This document shows positions 59,663-64,000 of a stretch of DNA of 64,000 bases, in pieces. Location of the stretch: assembly GCA_943788915.1 (NCBI GenBank), contig CALSSD010000010.1, positions 434,001 to 498,000 of the forward strand, written 5' to 3'. Numbering within the stretch: the stretch's first letter is position 1; every line of letters starts with the position of its first letter. The translations under genes and the position numbers were made by a program. The notes beneath the pieces are model-generated. The model was not told where the DNA came from. It saw nothing but the letters and a program-made list of their open reading frames with translations, and searched no databases. This stretch comes from an uncultured Acidimicrobiales bacterium. Its GTDB lineage: Bacteria > Actinomycetota > Acidimicrobiia > Acidimicrobiales > UBA10347.

Positions 59663-61212
59663 ATCGCTGGCCTCCGCTCCTCGTTGTTCTTGCCATGATC
59701 GCTGGGCTGATAGCGCTCGATCAGAATGCCTCTGATCAATCGTTGGCTGTCCCCACGCCGGTCGTGCAGGCCGGGGGCCCGGTCGCAGCTGCCGCGGATG
59801 CGTCCGGAACAACCTGGTACTGCCCCGCAGGGTTCATCACCCCTGACGCAGCGAATGACCATGTCGTCATCCTTACGAACCCGACCGACGAACTCGCCAC
59901 CGGCACACTCACGATCTACCCATCGCTCCTCGATGTGGACGGTAACCCGCTGCCGTTTCCTCGGGCCGTGCAACCAATCGAAGTTCCTGCCGGAGCCCAG
60001 CGACAGGTTTCGTTGGCCCCACTTGTAGCTTCGCTCGACGATCGGCTGTCAACGAATACTGGTGCGTTTGTGGCAGCGTTGGCCGAGTTCGACGGCGCCG
60101 GTGTCACGGTTGAACACACCGTTGTGGCGGCTCAAGGAAGCGACGTTGGCCCGTGTGCAACCTCAGCAAGTACCAGTTGGTGGTTCGCCAGCGGCACGAC
60201 AACTGCCGACGTTGCGTATCAGCTGTACCTGCTGAACCCATTCCCCGACGACGCGGTCGTCGACATCTCGTTTGTGACCGATGCCGGAAGCCGCAGTCCC
60301 ACCGCATTCAAGGGAAAACTCGTGCCGGCACAAAGCCTGACCGTGCTCCAGGTGGCGCCCGAGGTTCCCGTCAATGCGCAGATGACCGCTCAAGTCACGG
60401 TGCTCACGGGCCGAGTTATTGCCGAACGACTCCAGCTGTTCGAGAACGAAGCTGGCCCTCGCGGGTTGTCCTTGTCGCTGGGTAGTAACCGGCTGGCCGA
60501 GCAGTGGTTCTTTCCCGCGGGACGGTCGATACCTGGCGTTGGCGAGAGTTATCTGATCTACAACCCGGGCGATGCTGCCGCCGAGGTCGAATTCGAACTC
60601 AAACCCGACAGTGCCGACCGAGCCGGCGATGTGGCGCCGCTCTCTGTGCCGGTAGGCCCGCGTGAACGATGGATTGTCACCGTGAGCGGTCATCCTGCGC
60701 ATCCGGTTGACGCTCTTGCCGCAATCGATGCAAGCACCATGGTTGAACCGGGCGAACCATTCTTCATCTCGATTCGCAGTTTCAACGGTGTACCCGTGGT
60801 GGCCGAACGAATCCTCACCCGCCCGCTTAGTGCCGGCGGCGTTAGTGCGTCAATTGGGGCCGACGTTGCCTCCACCGACCAGTCAATGGCTGTGCCTGCG
60901 CTCGTGTCGATAGCCGAGGCTTCCACGCTTGCAGTGTTGAACCCATCGGGGGCCACGATCGCTCGTGTTCTCGTCTTCGTTGGAGGCTCCGAGGGTGAAG
61001 AATTACGCGCCGAGGCCGAGTTGGCGCCCCGTCGACGTGGCGTCTTTGACCTGCAGGGACTCATCGAACCAGGCGATCAATGGATTCGGGTTCGTTCATC
61101 GACCGGCACCATTGCCGAGCTGACCGTTGCCTCGAACGGGTTGCTCCTGACCACGGGGTCAATTCCGGTCCAGGGCACCACAAGCGTGCCCGACCTGCTC
61201 GCCTTTGAATAA
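59659..61212 (+). CDS. DUF5719-like secreted protein
   Basis: Signal anchor, WYCP, PC..S.SWWFASG.T, LYLLNPF; ATGA overlap with GT2. Confidence 0.8.
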   Translation: MNRWPPLLVVLAMIAGLIALDQNASDQSLAVPTPVVQAGGPVAAAADASGTTWYCPAGFITPDAANDHVVILTNPTDELATGTLTIYPSLLDVDGNPLPFPRAVQPIEVPAGAQRQVSLAPLVASLDDRLSTNTGAFVAALAEFDGAGVTVEHTVVAAQGSDVGPCATSASTSWWFASGTTTADVAYQLYLLNPFPDDAVVDISFVTDAGSRSPTAFKGKLVPAQSLTVLQVAPEVPVNAQMTAQVTVLTGRVIAERLQLFENEAGPRGLSLSLGSNRLAEQWFFPAGRSIPGVGESYLIYNPGDAAAEVEFELKPDSADRAGDVAPLSVPVGPRERWIVTVSGHPAHPVDALAAIDASTMVEPGEPFFISIRSFNGVPVVAERILTRPLSAGGVSASIGADVASTDQSMAVPALVSIAEASTLAVLNPSGATIARVLVFVGGSEGEELRAEAELAPRRRGVFDLQGLIEPGDQWIRVRSSTGTIAELTVASNGLLLTTGSIPVQGTTSVPDLLAFE

Positions 61213-61241
61213 CGAAGTCATCCCAAACGGCAATCGCGTGC

Positions 61242-62039
61242 CTAGACGCGACAGATGAGTTGACCGTGAGGCACAACGAACCATCCGTCTTGCTCCGCAA
61301 TCCAGGTCCGCCAGCCGTCAGCAATTTGCCCGAGTTCGTCAGTGGTGGACACACCTTCGGCAACGGCTTGTTCGGCGAACGATGACGTGAGGACCCTGTC
61401 GGCCCAGGTCGAGCCCCACCATTCGCGGCGGTCGGGGGCGGCAAAGAGCCAGGCATCGATCGATGGTGAAACATCGTTCAGGCCAGCCTCGCGAGCCCAT
61501 TTGACGAGATAACGCCCGGCGTCGGGTTCGGCGTCGTTGGCCTTGGCGACGCGGCGATAGATAGACATCCAGCGATCGAGCAGTGGTGACTCGGGTGCCC
61601 AATGCATACCTGCGTAGTCGGCGTCGCGGACCGCGATAATGCCGCCTGGACGTACGACACGGTGCATCTCTCGAAGTGCCGCAACGGGATCGCTTACGTG
61701 CTGAAGCACCTGATGGGCATGGGCGATGTCGTAACTGTCGTCTTCGATATCAAGCGCATACAGGTCCATAGTCTGAAAGGTGGCACCGGAGTCGCCGAAT
61801 GTTTGCTGAGCACGGTCGATGACCGGTTCGCTGTAGTCGATCCCGAGCACGGACCCGCCCGGCATAACTCGTGAAACGAACTCCGCCGTGATCGATCCTG
61901 GTCCGCAGCCGACATCGAGCAGGTCCACGCCGGGTGCGAGATGCGAGGCCATGTATGCGGCCGAATTGGCAATCGTGCGGGTCGCGTGAGCGTTCACCAC
62001 ACTTTCCTGATGGCCATGGGTGTAACGATCCTGGGTCAT
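61242..62039 (-). CDS. Class I SAM-dependent methyltransferase
   Basis: YTHGH, LDVGCGPGSIT, HAHQVLQH, RPGG. Confidence 0.92.
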   Translation of the reverse strand: MTQDRYTHGHQESVVNAHATRTIANSAAYMASHLAPGVDLLDVGCGPGSITAEFVSRVMPGGSVLGIDYSEPVIDRAQQTFGDSGATFQTMDLYALDIEDDSYDIAHAHQVLQHVSDPVAALREMHRVVRPGGIIAVRDADYAGMHWAPESPLLDRWMSIYRRVAKANDAEPDAGRYLVKWAREAGLNDVSPSIDAWLFAAPDRREWWGSTWADRVLTSSFAEQAVAEGVSTTDELGQIADGWRTWIAEQDGWFVVPHGQLICRV

Positions 62040-62091
62040 GGAGCCAGCGTAGTGAAGGTGCGTGTACGAGGCCCGTATCTCCTGGCTGCGT

Positions 62092-62517
62092 CTAGGTGTC
62101 GGTGGACGACGTGAGAAGCTCTCGAAGCGCCTGACGGTGATCGGGGCCCAGTGGGCCCACGAACGCCGCCTGGGTCTCACCGGAGCGGTCCACGATCACT
62201 GCAGTGGGTACGGACTCGATCTTGTACCGGCTGTGCAGTGCAGGGTCGGTACCAACCTCGACGTTCTGGGTCACGACGTTTGCGGACTCATAACCCGAAA
62301 GTTCTGCCCACACCGTGGCGCACGAGCTGCAGGTCTTTGACGTGAATACAGCGATCAGCAGCGGGGCCTCGGGAGCCCGAAAGTCGGTGCGATCGAGGCT
62401 GCCCGGGGGAGCCCCAGGGGTACTGGTCGGGGCAGGCCGAAGCCGTTGTTGCTGCCACCACGCAGCCATCCCGGCCACAGCCGCAACCGCAACCATGACG
62501 AGGAGGGTGGTAGTCAT
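62092..62517 (-). CDS. Membrane-anchored thioredoxin-like protein
   Basis: N-terminal TM, CSSC, VPT cis-Pro motif. Confidence 0.75.
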   Translation of the reverse strand: MTTTLLVMVAVAAVAGMAAWWQQQRLRPAPTSTPGAPPGSLDRTDFRAPEAPLLIAVFTSKTCSSCATVWAELSGYESANVVTQNVEVGTDPALHSRYKIESVPTAVIVDRSGETQAAFVGPLGPDHRQALRELLTSSTDT

Positions 62518-62529
62518 CTGGGTTGTGGG

Positions 62530-63996
62530 TTACGAGGCGTTTGGTTCGGTCAGTTCCGCTGCATTTGCGGGAGCTGCATCCGGATTGTTCGTGGTCTGGG
62601 CCACACCAAGCAACCGACTGACTTCGTCGCCAGCGATTGTTTCTCGTTCGAGAAGTGCTCGTGCCACCAAGTCGAGGCCGTAACGATGGGTGGTCAAGAC
62701 GTCATGACAACGCTGTTCGGCCTCGCGAAGGATTTGCGACACCTCGGCGTCGATGACGTGTGCCATCTGGTCGCTGTATTCCTTGGTTGACACCATCTGG
62801 TCACCCATGAAGACTTCGCCCTGTGAGCCCCATGCCATGGGGCCCACCTTTTCGGACATACCCCATTCGCGGACCATCTTGCGGGCGAGTTCGGTGTTGC
62901 GCACCAGGTCGTCGTTGGCGCCGGTGGATACCTGACCGAAGACCAGCTGTTCGGCAACACGGCCGCCCATACGCACGACGAGTGAATCCTCGATGTAGTC
63001 CTGGCGATAGATATGACGTTCTGCCTCGGGCAGCTGCATGGTCACACCCAGGGCCATACCGCTGGGGATGATGGTGACCTTGTGTAGCGGGTCGGCCGCA
63101 GGAAGCACGACGGCGCAGACAGCGTGGCCAGCCTCGTGGTACGCAATTGCTTCTTTTTCGACATCGCTGAGCGCAGTGGACTCACGCTTCTGGCCCATCA
63201 GGATGCGGTCACGTGCGGACTCGAAGTGTGATCCGCGAATCATGCTGTCGCCAGCACGGACAGCGAACAACGCGGCCTCGTTCACCAGGTTGGCGAGGTC
63301 AGCACCACTCATGCCAGGGGTGCCGCGAGCGACAACGTTGAGATCAACGTCGGGTGCGGTGCGTTTGCCTTTGACATGCACTCGCAGGATTGCCTGGCGA
63401 TCTTCGAGTTCAGGAAGCGGCACAACAACCTGGCGGTCAAATCGGCCAGGGCGCAACAATGCCGGGTCGAGGATGTCGGGCCGGTTGGTGGCCGCCATCA
63501 TGACGATGCCTTCGGTGGTTTCGAAACCGTCCATCTCAGACAACATCTGGTTGAGCGTCTGCTCACGTTCGTCGTGGCCGCCACCCATGCCAGCGCCACG
63601 TTTGCGGCCGATCGAGTCGATTTCGTCGATGAAGATGATGGCTTTGCCTAACTTGCGAGCTGAATCGAAGAGGTCGCGGACTCGGCTTGCGCCAACACCT
63701 ACGAACATTTCCATAAAGTCAGAGCCACTAACCGACAGGAACGGCACGCCAGCTTCGCCAGCAACAGCTCGCGCAATCAGCGTCTTACCGGTGCCGGGAG
63801 GGCCTACGAGAAGCATTCCTTTGGGGATTCGAGCCCCAATCTCGGCGTACTTATCGGGTTGTTTCAGAAACTCGACCACCTCGGTGATCTCTTGTTTGAC
63901 ACCGGCGTAACCGGCGACGTCTTCGAAGGTCGTGCCTGGACGTTCGGTCGTATAGGTCTTTGCCTTGGATCGACCGATCGACATAAGGCCGCCCAT
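62530..63996 (-). CDS. ftsH: ATP-dependent zinc metalloprotease FtsH, N-terminus beyond window
   Basis: [32 protein letters not shown]. Confidence 0.97.
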   Translation of the reverse strand: MGGLMSIGRSKAKTYTTERPGTTFEDVAGYAGVKQEITEVVEFLKQPDKYAEIGARIPKGMLLVGPPGTGKTLIARAVAGEAGVPFLSVSGSDFMEMFVGVGASRVRDLFDSARKLGKAIIFIDEIDSIGRKRGAGMGGGHDEREQTLNQMLSEMDGFETTEGIVMMAATNRPDILDPALLRPGRFDRQVVVPLPELEDRQAILRVHVKGKRTAPDVDLNVVARGTPGMSGADLANLVNEAALFAVRAGDSMIRGSHFESARDRILMGQKRESTALSDVEKEAIAYHEAGHAVCAVVLPAADPLHKVTIIPSGMALGVTMQLPEAERHIYRQDYIEDSLVVRMGGRVAEQLVFGQVSTGANDDLVRNTELARKMVREWGMSEKVGPMAWGSQGEVFMGDQMVSTKEYSDQMAHVIDAEVSQILREAEQRCHDVLTTHRYGLDLVARALLERETIAGDEVSRLLGVAQTTNNPDAAPANAAELTEPNAS

Positions 63997-64000
63997 CTGG

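Overview
GC-rich actinobacterial chromosomal segment. Gene content (class II RNR, fused lipB-lipA, cofD/cofE, Ku/LigD-Pol, DUF5719, homodimeric AceE) suggests Acidimicrobiia; this is an inference. It is mostly housekeeping and envelope genes: nrdJ, a GH13_18 phosphorylase, L,D-transpeptidase, lgt, DNA-repair genes, metX, tRNA-Gly(GCC), PDH components, a dprE2-ubiA-dprE1 arabinose-donor operon, pepA, Sir2, moeB, SpoIID, biotin carboxylase/birA, F420 genes, GT2-DUF5719 and partial ftsH. The main accessory block is a ~7 kb aromatic-catabolism island (42.9-49.9 kb) with two Rieske oxygenases, a PaaG-like crotonase, a CoA ligase, an SDR and TetR, but no electron-transfer or ring-cleavage genes. Other notable items are an RNase H-SLOG fusion, an orphan N6-methyltransferase, enzymes with degenerate active sites, an unrecognised 18-aa repeat on SpoIID, a repeat/hairpin-rich spacer beside a winged-helix-like gene, an unannotated 28-aa membrane peptide and a decayed isochorismatase remnant. 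Several single-site frameshifts in otherwise intact genes look like sequencing/consensus errors. No CRISPR array, integrase, transposase or rRNA was seen. All family calls come from motif recognition by eye, not database searches.
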